This document shows positions 52,501 through 60,100 of a stretch of DNA of 64,000 nucleotides, one piece after another. Both the position numbers and the translations under genes were made by a program. The stretch is from Octopus sinensis (Eukaryota). Under the pieces are notes generated by a model that searched no databases, was not told the DNA's origin, and worked only from the letters and a program-made list of their open reading frames with translations. How positions within the stretch are numbered: position 1 is the first letter of the stretch; each line of letters starts with the position of its first letter. The DNA lies in the NCBI RefSeq assembly GCF_006345805.1, contig NC_043018.1:20956001-21020000 (forward strand), written 5' to 3'.

Positions 52501-55500
52501 TAGGGCAGCGGACTCGCGGTCATAGGATCGCGGTTTCGATTCCCAGACCGGGCGTTGTGAGTGTTTATTGAGCGAAAACACCTAAAGCTCCACGAGGCTC
52601 CGGCAGGGATGGTGGTGATCCCTGCTGTACTCTTTCACCACAACTTTCTCTCACTCTTACTTCCTGTTTCTGTTGTATCTGTATTTCAAAGGGCCGGCCT
52701 TGTCACTTTCTGTGTCACGCTGAATATCCCCGAGAACTACGTTAAGGGTACACGTGTCTGTGGAGTGCTCAGCCACTTACACGTTAATTTCACGAGCAGG
52801 CTGTTCCGTTGATTCGGATCAACTGGAACCCTCGTCGTCGTAACCGACGGAGTGCTTCCAAAACAGTTACTATGTCTTCATTTCATGTTGATCCCACCAT
52901 ACGTCACTTCATAAACCTTGCATTAAATCATTATCATCATGATCCAGCGTCCATTTTCCCATGCTTGCATGAGTCAGGCGGAATTTGTAGAGGCAGGTTT
53001 TGTTTTGGCCGGATGCCCTTGCTGTTGCTAACCCTCACCTATTTCCAAGCAAGGTAACATTTCTCTCATGGCCAAATACATTATTGCAGAATATTGGAAA
53101 TAAATAATACAGCTTGTGTGGCTGTCACACTCATTTTACTCAGTTACAACTATCACGTGATGTCAAGCCAAGAAGATACAAACATGGGCTTCATTCAGTT
53201 TCTGTTGGCTGAAACAGTCACAAGGCCTTGGTCAGCCCCAGAACTCTAGTTGAAGACACTTGCTCAAAGCAAAGCACCATGCAATGAGATTGAACTTGAA
53301 ACCATTTAGTTGGGGAAAAAAGCTGCTTAACCACATGGCTTATGTCACAACCCTTGCTTGTGTCACAGCTCCTCAGTTTACTGTAGTCCAGATCATAACC
53401 CTGCAACAACAGCATACACACACATCCAACACAAACTTCCTGTGAAAAACATAAATCATCATTCATCATCATCGATTAACGTCCTCCTTCCATGCGAGCA
53501 TGGGGTGTACTGTTCGACAGGAGCCAGCCGGGCAGAAACCTGCACCACATACTTCTGTGTCTGTTTTTGGCAGGGTTTTTATGGCTGGATGTCCTTCCTA
53601 ACACCAACCACTCTGCAGAGTGGGCTGAATGCTTTTTACATGGTGCCAGCACTGGCCAGGTCTGTTTTGGCATGGTTTTTACCTCTGGATGCCCTTCCAA
53701 ATGCCAACCACTTTACAGTGCGGACTAGATGCTTTTTAAGTGGCACCAGCACAGGCAGGGTCACCAAATATCTTTGCAAAACAAGGAATCTTTGAGAGGA
53801 GTGGAGGCATTGAAATAAAGAGTCAATAAAAATACAAATAAGAAAATGAGATATCAAAGGAGTAAACGATTGTCTTATGAGCTAATGAAGTTCATAAGAT
53901 AATCGTTTATTCATTTGGCTTAGTGGTTAGAGCATTCGGCTCACGATTGGTAAGGTCATGAGTTCAATTCCCGGCGACGTGTTGAGTCCTTGAGCAAGAC
54001 ACCTTATTTCACATTGCTCCAGTCCACTCACCTGGCAAAAATGAGTTGTACCTTTATTTCAAAGGGTCGGCCTTGTCACGCTGAACCTCTCTGAGAACTG
54101 TGTTAGGGGTACACATATCTATGGATTGCTCATTCACTTGCACGTTAATTTCATGAGCAAGCTGTTCCGTAGATCATATCAGCTGGGACCCTTGTCGTCG
54201 TAACCGAAGGAGTGCTCCCTTTTTTTTCCCTTATTAACACTTTGTTCTGAAGCCTATGTATATTTATTTCTGCACAAGGTTATTAGCCATGCAATGCCTA
54301 AACAAAATGTTGACATCCAAATATGTAGACATGTATATAGAGACAGAGACAGAGACAGGTGTGTGCTGTTGTAACTGTTGTTGTCAATGGTAAATGTAAC
54401 AAAAATGTTTCCACTTTTTCAGGCAGCAAAGGATGTTTATGATATTTTACTGAAGCGGTTCCGTAAAGAGAAGGATGTCTGGATTCACTTTGCCATATTT
54501 TGTTACAAAAACAGTTTCTTGGAGCAAGGAAGGGAACTGATTGAGAAAGCTGTACAAGTCATCGACAAGAAAAATCGTAAGTCTTGACATTTCAATCTCA
54601 TGCATTTTTATTTAGACACACACACACATACACATATATATCATCATCATCATCGTTTAACGTCCGTTCTCCATGCTAGCATGGGTTGGACTGTTCGACC
54701 GGGGATCTGGGAAGCCAGAAGGCTGCACCAGGCTCCAGTCTTATCTGGCAACGTTTCTACAGCTGGATGCCCTTAGAATATATATATATTTCTTTACTAC
54801 CCACAAGGGGCTAAACACAGAGAGGACAAACAAGGACAGACAAACGGATTAAGTCGATTATATGGACCCCAGTGCGTAACTGGTACTTAATTTATCGACC
54901 CCGAAAGGATGAAAGGCAAAGTCGACCTCGGCTGAATTTGAACTCAGAACGTAACGGCAGACGAAATACCACTAAGTATTTCGCCCAGCGTGCTAACGAT
55001 TCTGCCAACTCGATGCCTTCATTGATATATATATATCATTTAACATTCACTTTTCCGTGTTTGCATGAGTCAGACAGAATTTATTAAGGTGGATTTTCTA
55101 GAGCTGAGTGCCTTTCCTGTCACCAACCCTCACGTGCTTCCAAGCAAGGTGATGTTTCCCAATGGCCAGGCATGCTTTACACAACAGACTGGATGTTCAT
55201 TTACAGCTATCACACAATTTCAAGACAAGGGAAAACAAGCATACACACACCTACATATACACACATTCACACAATCACACGCACATGCAAATCCGCTCAC
55301 GAGGCTTTGACCAGCCGAGGACTATATTAGAAAACACCTGCCTGCTCATTGGGATTGAACCCAAAACTCTCCGGTTGGCAACCAAACTTCTTAACCACAC
55401 AGCCACGTCTCCTTACATTCATTACAAATACAACCGACTTCACTAAAGTACTAACAACAACTTCCACATCTCTCTTCACTATAAGATAAAAAGAAATTTT

Positions 55501-56544
55501 TTTTTTAAATTCACTCAAACATCAAAAGAAAAAATAAACTTTTGGTTCTTCTTCAGATGTAACATTGGTTTCTAAAATTGCACAGCTGGAATTTAAATAC
55601 GGAGACACCCAGCGTGGTACGACGATATTTGAAAATATCATCAGTAATTACCCACGAAGAACAGACCTCTGGTCCATTTATATCGATATGGCAATGTCAC
55701 TGGACGATAAAGAACAAATCAGGTTTGACATATTTTGCTCTTTATTTGTTGTTTAATCTTTAAATATTTAATCCGACTATATCCAGTTCGAATATTCTTG
55801 TTTTATACTTTAACCCTTTAGTGTTCAGATTATTCTGTTAAATGTAATACTTTTTCACTCAAATTGTTTTGAATTAATCATGCATTATCTTATAGCTTTA
55901 AGGTTTCAATGATGTGAATGTTTATTTTTAGAATGTCACTGTAGGTTAGGTGTGAGAGGTTGGATATCGCCAGTTTGAATATAAAACATGTATAATATAT
56001 TGGGCCGGATGTGGCCGGTTTAAACACTAAAGGGTTAATTAATGAAGTTAACATTTTCGTAAACAATTTGACTTTTAAGTTAACTTCAGAAATAATTATT
56101 GGACTAATTAACTTCAATTGAATTGAAGTTAACAGATTTTATAGTTTTGGTACTTTTTAAAGGTGTTTAGATGTGGTTTAAAAGCAAAAACTGATTTCTA
56201 AATTTTTTTCTATAATAAAAATTAACGTTAACGGTTTATCCATAACTTCCGTTACATTAGGAAATAATTAACTGATTAACAGTTAACTTTTTAGTGAACA
56301 GATTAACAGTTAACTTTTCAATTAATGGCATCCACCTTTGGTTATTTTACATTAATTTCTCTTTTTTTTTTCTGACAATTCTTTCAGGCATCTCTTTCAA
56401 CGAGTAACAAACTTGAGGCTTTCCTCTCGTAAAATGAAATTTTTCTACAAACGTTATTTAGACTTTGAAGAGAAGAGCGGTGACCAAGAAAGCCAAGAGG
56501 CTGTGCGCGAGAAAGCAAAGCAATACGTGAATGAACTGGGTTGA
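656..56544 (+). CDS. PDCD11: Protein RRP5 homolog (rRNA biogenesis; S1 RNA-binding repeats + C-terminal HAT/TPR repeats); 31 exons in window, N-terminal exon(s) upstream of window
   Basis: Hand-spliced GT-AG exons give S1 motifs ([19 protein letters not shown]; [20 protein letters not shown]) and the diagnostic RRP5 C-terminus ([48 protein letters not shown]; [20 protein letters not shown]; [17 protein letters not shown]). Phases are consistent at all junctions except 24/25. Confidence 0.97.
2147..2293 (+). CDS. PDCD11: RRP5 exon 2 ([12 protein letters not shown]...IKNNM)
   Basis: cag / gtgagt, 147 nt, phase 0/0. Confidence 0.9.
2942..3053 (+). CDS. PDCD11: RRP5 exon 3 ([19 protein letters not shown]...)
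   Basis: tag / gtaaga, 112 nt, phase 0/1; canonical S1 motif. Confidence 0.95.
4570..4800 (+). mobile_element. piggyBac-like transposase relic
   Basis: [17 protein letters not shown]...[25 protein letters not shown] resembles the PGBD N-terminal consensus (ETNxYA...T.EE.K.F.G.L.LM...LP....YW); internal stop. Confidence 0.5.
4815..5075 (-). mobile_element. RTE 3'-UTR-only copy (more than 15 similar copies, e.g. 10470-10850, 30790-31220, 33935-34290, 36910-37180, 47670-48030, 59760-60078)
   Basis: (CAT)n followed by the reverse complement of the 3' UTR of the RTE copy at 60938-61472. Confidence 0.8.
5461..5582 (+). CDS. PDCD11: RRP5 exon 4 ([17 protein letters not shown]...ATQM)
   Basis: cag / gtacgt, 122 nt, phase 1/0. 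Confidence 0.9.
5620..5995 (+). mobile_element. RTE LINE ORF2 3' fragment
   Basis: [11 protein letters not shown]...KRGRPRKIW motifs in ORF 5670-5894. Confidence 0.8.
6990..7061 (+). CDS. PDCD11: RRP5 exon 5 ([24 protein letters not shown])
   Basis: cag / gtaagt, 72 nt, phase 0/0. Confidence 0.85.
7262..7800. repeat. About 50-bp minisatellite, about 11 units (CCAGTTCATCACAGAGTTAACACTCTCCCTTCTGCCCCCTGGACAGGATGG)
   Basis: Direct inspection of the tandem units. Confidence 0.95.
8230..8920. repeat. Long interrupted (TA)n microsatellite
   Basis: Direct inspection; source of the many spurious YIYI ORFs. Confidence 0.98.
10214..10315 (+). CDS. PDCD11: RRP5 exon 6 ([18 protein letters not shown]...ANSQ)
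   Basis: tag / gtacag, 102 nt, phase 0/0. Confidence 0.85.
11821..12041. mobile_element. piggyBac-type MITE family 1 (similar copies at about 20217-20358, 42813-43031, 55814-56034; interrupted copies near 3130-3590 and 34550-35223)
   Basis: TTAA|CCCTTTAG...CTAAAGGG|TTAA. Confidence 0.75.
12474..12671 (+). CDS. PDCD11: RRP5 exon 7 ([20 protein letters not shown]...WAIAH)
   Basis: cag / gtgagt, 198 nt, phase 0/0. Confidence 0.9.
13637..14034 (+). mobile_element. tRNA-derived SINE family 1 (about 400 bp; other copies at 1061-1435 -, 21312-21708 +, 23391-23765 -, 28977-29392 -, 34787-35157 +, 36353-36718 +, 44594-44995 +, 46963-47361 +, plus older copies)
   Basis: A-box-like TGGCTGTGTGGTAAG, B-box-like GGTTCAGTCC, internal (TA)/(TG) microsatellite, ...AAGTAAAAGAG end. 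Confidence 0.85.
14080..14147 (+). CDS. PDCD11: RRP5 exon 8 ([23 protein letters not shown])
   Basis: pyrimidine tract + cag / gttagt, 68 nt, phase 0/2; the nearby alternative AG gives a stop. Confidence 0.75.
15109..15507 (+). mobile_element. Non-autonomous Helitron-like element
   Basis: 5' TC, 3' CTAG, inserted between A and T, subterminal hairpin (C)CG-N8-CGGG, no TSD; four copies in window. Confidence 0.7.
15745..16270 (-). mobile_element. 3' end of an R4/Dong-like non-LTR retrotransposon (restriction-like endonuclease domain)
   Basis: NRPDIIIKD...LMIDV..P...EK..KY.DL (PD-D/ExK) and PVVIGALG...[14 protein letters not shown]; ends in an (AAT)n array on its own strand. Confidence 0.8.
16364..16420 (+). 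CDS. PDCD11: RRP5 exon 9 ([19 protein letters not shown])
   Basis: tttttcag / gttggt, 57 nt, phase 2/2; ends an S1 domain. Confidence 0.75.
16795..16861 (+). CDS. PDCD11: RRP5 exon 10 ([22 protein letters not shown]; linker)
   Basis: tag / gtatgt, 67 nt, phase 2/0; the open phase-2 reading fits exon 9, the phase-0 reading has an immediate stop. Confidence 0.75.
17015..17176. mobile_element. piggyBac-type MITE family 2 (copies at 31475-31694, 31741-31959, 40191-40412, 40444-40664, about 22012-22248)
   Basis: TTAA|CCCTTTCGTTACC...GGTAACAAAAGGG|TTAA. Confidence 0.75.
18210..18284 (+). CDS. PDCD11: RRP5 exon 11, duplicated exon A ([25 protein letters not shown])
   Basis: ttggtttgttacag / gtgagt, 75 nt, phase 0/0. 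Confidence 0.75.
18532..18732 (+). mobile_element. hAT MITE (201 bp)
   Basis: CAGTG...CACTG ends; perfect 8-bp TSD GTGTAGAG (18524-18531, 18733-18740). Confidence 0.85.
19799..19870 (+). CDS. PDCD11: RRP5 exon 12, duplicated exon B ([24 protein letters not shown])
   Basis: atggtttgttgcag / gtgagt, 72 nt, phase 0/0. Confidence 0.7.
20796..21190 (+). mobile_element. RTE-like LINE ORF2 3' fragment
   Basis: WYRHVLHLP...[11 protein letters not shown]...[11 protein letters not shown] across frameshifts. Confidence 0.7.
21207..21809 (-). mobile_element. Same hAT MITE in opposite orientation, with a nested tRNA-SINE (about 21312-21708)
   Basis: Reverse-complement match to 18532-18732; perfect 8-bp TSD TTCTAGAG. 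Confidence 0.85.
21902..21976 (+). CDS. PDCD11: RRP5 exon 13, duplicated exon C ([25 protein letters not shown])
   Basis: ttggtttgttgcag / gtgagt, 75 nt, phase 0/0. Confidence 0.75.
22547..22603 (+). CDS. PDCD11: RRP5 exon 14 ([19 protein letters not shown])
   Basis: ttgcag / gtgagt, 57 nt, phase 0/0. Confidence 0.8.
22899..23090 (+). CDS. PDCD11: RRP5 exon 15 ([18 protein letters not shown]...LPKMHLSDF...NKTT)
   Basis: cag acceptor; U12-type donor GTATCCTTT; 192 nt; LPxxHLSD motif typical of RRP5 S1 repeats. Confidence 0.9.
23091..24191 (+). other. U12-type (minor spliceosome) GT-AG intron
   Basis: 5' site GTATCCTTT at 23091; branch site TTCCTTAAC at 24172-24180, 11 nt before the end of the AG acceptor (24190-24191); no polypyrimidine tract. 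Confidence 0.9.
24192..24266 (+). CDS. PDCD11: RRP5 exon 16 ([25 protein letters not shown])
   Basis: follows U12 branch site; gtaagt donor; 75 nt, phase 0/0. Confidence 0.85.
26084..26118 (+). ncRNA. Minimal hammerhead-ribozyme-like motif (variant core CCGACGA)
   Basis: Stem I GTTT/AAAC, stem II GAGC/GCTC, GAAA-CG-TT palindromic stem III. Confidence 0.5.
26226..26321 (+). CDS. PDCD11: RRP5 exon 17 ([32 protein letters not shown])
   Basis: ccag / gtaaga, 96 nt; canonical S1 motif. Confidence 0.95.
26568..26876 (+). mobile_element. Helitron-like element (single internal unit)
   Basis: A|TC...CTAG|T, same family. Confidence 0.7.
26894..27115. mobile_element. Tc1/mariner-type MITE (second copy at 38504-38707)
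   Basis: TA|CAAGGGGGTGCT...AGCGCCCCCTTG|TA; the second copy begins TA|CGAGGG. Confidence 0.65.
27721..27937 (+). CDS. PDCD11: RRP5 exon 18 ([20 protein letters not shown]...HLKSTK)
   Basis: ttttcag / gtaagt, 217 nt, phase 0/1. Confidence 0.9.
30093..30227 (+). CDS. PDCD11: RRP5 exon 19 ([26 protein letters not shown]...HHRK)
   Basis: tag / gtaagt, 135 nt, phase 1/1. Confidence 0.9.
32073..32206 (+). CDS. PDCD11: RRP5 exon 20 ([22 protein letters not shown]...KKPEK)
   Basis: tag / gtgcag, 134 nt, phase 1/0. Confidence 0.85.
33556..33669 (+). CDS. PDCD11: RRP5 exon 21 ([21 protein letters not shown]...YLSPKM)
   Basis: tttag / gtaata, 114 nt, phase 0/0. Confidence 0.85.
37356..37589 (+). mobile_element. 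tRNA-derived SINE family 2 with Nin/Deu-like core (copies at 3911-4141 +, 17457-17678 -, 28004-28236 +, 32440-32668 -, 38735-39150 -, 41047-41279 +, 54789-55005 -, 63858-64000 +)
   Basis: B-box-like GAGTTCAAATT; core GCCTTTCATCCTTTCGGGGTCGATAAA; perfect 17-bp TSD GGTACTTACTTTATCGA for this copy. Confidence 0.8.
37772..37839 (+). CDS. PDCD11: RRP5 exon 22 ([23 protein letters not shown])
   Basis: gcag / gtaagt, 68 nt, phase 0/2; resembles the HLND(T)F motif of RRP5. Confidence 0.85.
38375..38461 (+). CDS. PDCD11: RRP5 exon 23 ([28 protein letters not shown])
   Basis: long pyrimidine tract + tag / gttagt, 87 nt, phase 2/2. Confidence 0.75.
41840..42620 (+). repeat. 199-bp higher-order tandem repeat inside an RTE 3' UTR
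   Basis: Unit starts at 41977, 42176 and 42375, with a shortened unit at 41840; each unit has four subunits of about 50 bp. Confidence 0.9.
43233..43439 (+). CDS. PDCD11: RRP5 exon 24 (charged linker with basic NLS-like runs [13 protein letters not shown])
   Basis: ttttcag / gtaaat, 207 nt, phase 2/2, open frame. Confidence 0.8.
43539..43914 (+). mobile_element. Helitron-like element
   Basis: A|TC...CTAG|T, same family. Confidence 0.7.
45336..45473 (+). CDS. PDCD11: RRP5 exon 25 ([17 protein letters not shown]...[20 protein letters not shown])
   Basis: pyrimidine tract + aag / gtaagt; FxW motif followed by an acidic tract as in RRP5; 5' phase conflicts with exon 24 by 1 nt. Confidence 0.8.
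45504..46118 (+). repeat. 44-bp minisatellite, about 14 units, RTE-derived
   Basis: GCTAAGCCTCACTGAGGGGATGGCAAGGGACCAGGACTTATGGC; the last unit runs into RTE ORF-end sequence. Confidence 0.95.
46647..46715 (+). CDS. PDCD11: RRP5 exon 26 ([23 protein letters not shown])
   Basis: cag / gtaagt, 69 nt, phase 0/0. Confidence 0.9.
49094..49278 (+). CDS. PDCD11: RRP5 exon 27 (start of HAT region; [27 protein letters not shown])
   Basis: cag / gtgaga, 185 nt, phase 0/2; highly conserved RRP5 motif. Confidence 0.97.
51312..51480 (+). CDS. PDCD11: RRP5 exon 28 ([20 protein letters not shown]...GKIQ)
   Basis: tag / gtaaga, 169 nt, phase 2/0. Confidence 0.97.
52476..52854 (+). mobile_element. tRNA-headed SINE family 3 (related: 6395-6715 -, 24525-24805 -, 28360-28670 -, 53915-54215 +, 61849-62126 +)
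   Basis: tRNA-like head with A box (GTGGTTAG) and B box (GTTTCGATTCC). Confidence 0.75.
54423..54576 (+). CDS. PDCD11: RRP5 exon 29 ([23 protein letters not shown]...)
   Basis: cag / gtaagt, 154 nt, phase 0/1. Confidence 0.95.
55557..55722 (+). CDS. PDCD11: RRP5 exon 30 ([17 protein letters not shown]...[14 protein letters not shown])
   Basis: cag / gtttga, 166 nt, phase 1/2. Confidence 0.97.
56388..56544 (+). CDS. PDCD11: RRP5 terminal exon 31 ([27 protein letters not shown]...VNELG*)
   Basis: cag acceptor, phase 2; TGA at 56542-56544. Confidence 0.97.
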
Positions 56545-56716
56545 GCTGCTGTCACAGTAATTCCATTCATTGTTTGTAGATATTTCATCACAGCAACAAA
56601 GACATGAAAAATAAGTGTTGCTCGAAGCAGGATGGAGGGGAAGGATCTGATGCTGTTGGTATGGACATTTGGCACCAGATTTAAAAAAAAAAACAGACAC
56701 AAAACAAAAGAAAAAG

Positions 56717-56727
56717 AATAAAATAAA
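56717..56727 (+). terminator. Probable polyadenylation signal of RRP5 (overlapping AATAAA hexamers)
   Basis: AATAAA at 56717 and 56722, about 170 nt after the stop, followed by a T/GT-rich tract from about 56741. Confidence 0.6.
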
Positions 56728-57144
56728 TATCTGAAGTCAAATTTTTGTTTTTGTTTTTTTTTGAAAACAGGTATGGTTTAAGGGTGGGAAGGGCATCCAA
56801 CAGTAAAACAGCTCAATAATGTATATTGTGTGTGTATGTATATATATAAAAACACACACACACATAGGTGCAGACATGGTTGTGTTGTAAGAAGCTTGCT
56901 TGCTTCCCAACCACATGGTTCCAGGTTCAGTCCCACTTCATGGCACCTTGAGTGTCTTTTACTATAACTTTGGGCTGGCCAAAGTTTTGTGAGTGGATTT
57001 GGTAGATAGAAACATATCTCTGGGACATGCTCAGAGATATGTGCCACTAAGGGACATGCTCAACTGGTTACAGTCAAACAACTGACAAGCAAATCTGTGG
57101 TATTGAGCAGAATATTTGCTGTAGCCCATCTTTTATACCAAGAC

Positions 57145-57420
57145 ATTATAATTATTATTCAGGTCACTGCCTGGGGCATATGGCGTAGTGGTTAAGAGCA
57201 TGGGCTACTAACCTCTGAGTTCAATTCGAAGCAGTGATCTGAATAATAATTATAATAACATCGAAAAATTCCTTAGGAATGAGAACCTAAGTTCAAACTT
57301 TCCTCAAGACACCTGATGAAGGCTGGAGGGTATATCAGCTGAAACGTTGTATTAACAACAAACAAGATGAGGAGAAATATCTGTCAAATGTAAATAATGT
57401 ACATAATTCCTCATCTCTTA
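57145..57420 (+). mobile_element. tRNA-headed element with (AAT)n spacer and Penelope-type minimal hammerhead motif
   Basis: A/B-box-like head at 57173-57230; 26-bp inverted repeat; CTGATGA-stem II-GAAACGTT core at 57313-57348. Confidence 0.55.
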
Positions 57421-57439
57421 AATATAGAACTGTACTGAT

Positions 57440-59330
57440 TGTCTGTTTCAGATAATCTCCCTGACGTAAGTTGTTATTCAACTTGGATATTTTGAGGGAA
57501 TGAATTGTACCTGATGGACAGAACCAGACAAAGATTTTTGGTGTGGAACAGAGGAGTAAAGGCTGATCTCGAAATGTGGAACCTTATGAAGGAGATGATA
57601 GGGTACTTGAGAAGACTGCCCACGGCAACATAATTGAGATTCTAAACCAAGGTTCCATTCAAAAAGCATGGTGTGGCTGCTGGTGCCATGTAAAAAGCAC
57701 CCAGTACACTCTGTAAAGTGGTTGGAATTTGGAAGGGCATCCAGCCATAGAAACCAAGCCAAAACAGGCAATGGAACCCGATGTGGCCCCTGGCCTTGCT
57801 AGTTCCTGCGTATGTCAACCATACAGATCACAGCTTTGTGGTCTGTGTAGCTCAGAACTTTGAGCTGTGGACAACTTATATTACTTCTATCTACAGGCCT
57901 ACAAAATATTCTATCCAGATATGATCTGGAAAACCCTATGTGGTTTGCCCATGTCCACATAGGTGCATTTGAGAAATCCAGTTGGTACCTGTCAAGCAAC
58001 TGAGCAGATTTGTGAGGCTTTTACACCTCCCTCTATCAGCTAGCCCCACCCTGCCTAGGCATGTGCCCAAGATGGCCTTCCATTTGCCCACTAGCACTAA
58101 AGAGCGTGACATCCCAAAGAAAACCTTCAAACATCTGAAGAAATCTGGCTGCCCCACCCCTGTTGAAGTGTATACAGGGACTAGTTTGAAGGCACCACTT
58201 TTGCTGTTGCTCACATCCAGGACCACCAACTTGCCCTCTAATTCCAAGAAGACCATCCATACTTTGAGATCCAGTCCTTTCCTAAACATTACTGTCACTT
58301 TGCTGCCTATTCCAGGCCAACTAAGAGATGCATAGTTCACAAAATATTCAAAAATGGGGACTAGTTTGTGTGCTTTAGAAATCCTGGTCTCACTGGCTTC
58401 TATCACATATCCAACCCTAGTGACCTGAGTTCATTGAGCAAGCGACCTTGCTTCCAGGGTGACCTCAGGCCACAGACATTTATGCAAATCACTCTGATAA
58501 CCACATTTTGGCCTGAAAGTGTTGAGAGAGAAGAAAAAGGAGCAGGACTACTTACCTTTCCGGTACTGTTAGCAGCTCAGTGCCCCAGGCTCCATATCTG
58601 GTTGTGGTTTCTCTACGAAACCCTGCAAAAGTCTATTAGGGTTTCCCACATCATTGGGGGAAGTTGCCCTGATGCTTATGTAAGTCTTTACTGGCATTTG
58701 TACCAACATTAAACTTTCCAGGACCCTAAGAGTGCTGGTGTCATATATTGCACCGCCTTTCACAATTTCATTATTTCTGGCTGTGAGCCATCAAATTTTT
58801 GTTGGCTCTGTGGTTGACTGTTGTGTGTGCTTTCTTTATGGGGCAAGGTGGGGTTGCAATAGTGTTGGTGGGTGTGGTGTTGTTTCAGACATGTCTGTGT
58901 TCTTTACACTGGAGCTTTCAAGTATTGATGTAGGGGCAAGTCCTTTTGTTTTGCATTGTCTTTTTTTTTTTTGTGGTCCCTCGTCTTTGCTACAGGATGT
59001 GGAGGAACCAGTGTCTGGGGTCCGTCTCAGGGGTGCATAAGTGTACTTGTGTTTGTGTGAGCATGTGCTTGAGAGAGGGGTAGATGGAGTGCTGGTTTGG
59101 GAGAGACCCTGGGTGGTTATCTCTATTGTCTTTGTGTTTCACCTGATGAGGCTGCATGTGTGGCATATTATCTCTGTTGTTGAGGGTTTGTTTAGATAGT
59201 GGGATTGGCTTCGTGCCTCCTATCTTTTGGGGGCAGAAGGCTCTGAGGAGGCTTGTGACCCCACAAATGTTGCATTTAGGCTTGAACATGCAGTTCAACC
59301 CCTGTGTGTGTGTGTATTTATGAATGTACA
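57440..59330 (-). mobile_element. Degenerate L1/Tx1-like LINE: ORF1 zinc-knuckle remnant + APE endonuclease; RT absent
   Basis: CNICGVTSLLRAFC (degenerate CCHC); SETR, LVPVYT, SYLDRIF and YTDHKAV endonuclease motifs; multiple frameshifts. Confidence 0.7.
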
Positions 59331-60100
59331 TATATATGAAAGATAACAGATGTACATGTGAGCGCCCACAAAGTTAAACAGAGGGTAGCATGCACACATA
59401 CACACCCATGTACACCCATTGTCTTTCAGGTGCGGTCCCAGGAAGTTTTTGAAGGGAGGGCACAAGGTCAGAAGGGAATACCATTCCAGGAGAAAAGGGT
59501 TAATAACATTATTTAGAAGGACACACTTCTTTTCTAGAGGGGAGGGCACGTGCCCCTCAGGCCACCTCTTAAGTCCGTCCTTGTCTTTCATATACACGTA
59601 CATACATAAATACATACGCGGTGTGGGTGAGCTTTACTATTCAAGTCATGAATATGGAAGTCACCAAAGTAAATATATAAAAAAATTTCATGGAAATTAC
59701 CAATTATTACAAGTCAGACCGAAAACGAGGGATTGCCATATATATATATATATATATATATCATCATCATCATCATCGTTTAGCGTCCGTTTTCCATGCT
59801 AGCATGGGTTGGATGGTTCAACTGGGGTCTGTGAAGCCGGAAGGCTTCATCAGGCCCAGTCAGATCTGGCAGTGTTTCTACGGCTGGATGCCCTTCCTAA
59901 TGCCAACCACTCTGTGAGTGTAGTGGGTGCTTTTTACATGCCACCCGCACAGGTGCCAGACGAGGCTGGCAAAAGGCCACGAACGGATGGTGCTTTTATG
60001 TGTCACCGGCAATGGGGGCCAGGCGACGCTGGCAACGGACACGAACGGATGGTGCTTTTTACGTGCCACCGGCACGAGTATATATATATATAGATATATA

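Noticed and set aside
57173-57230. tRNA gene candidates (also SINE heads at 52481 and 61851)
   Set aside because: No complete cloverleaf; these are SINE heads with A/B boxes, so they were not called tRNAs.
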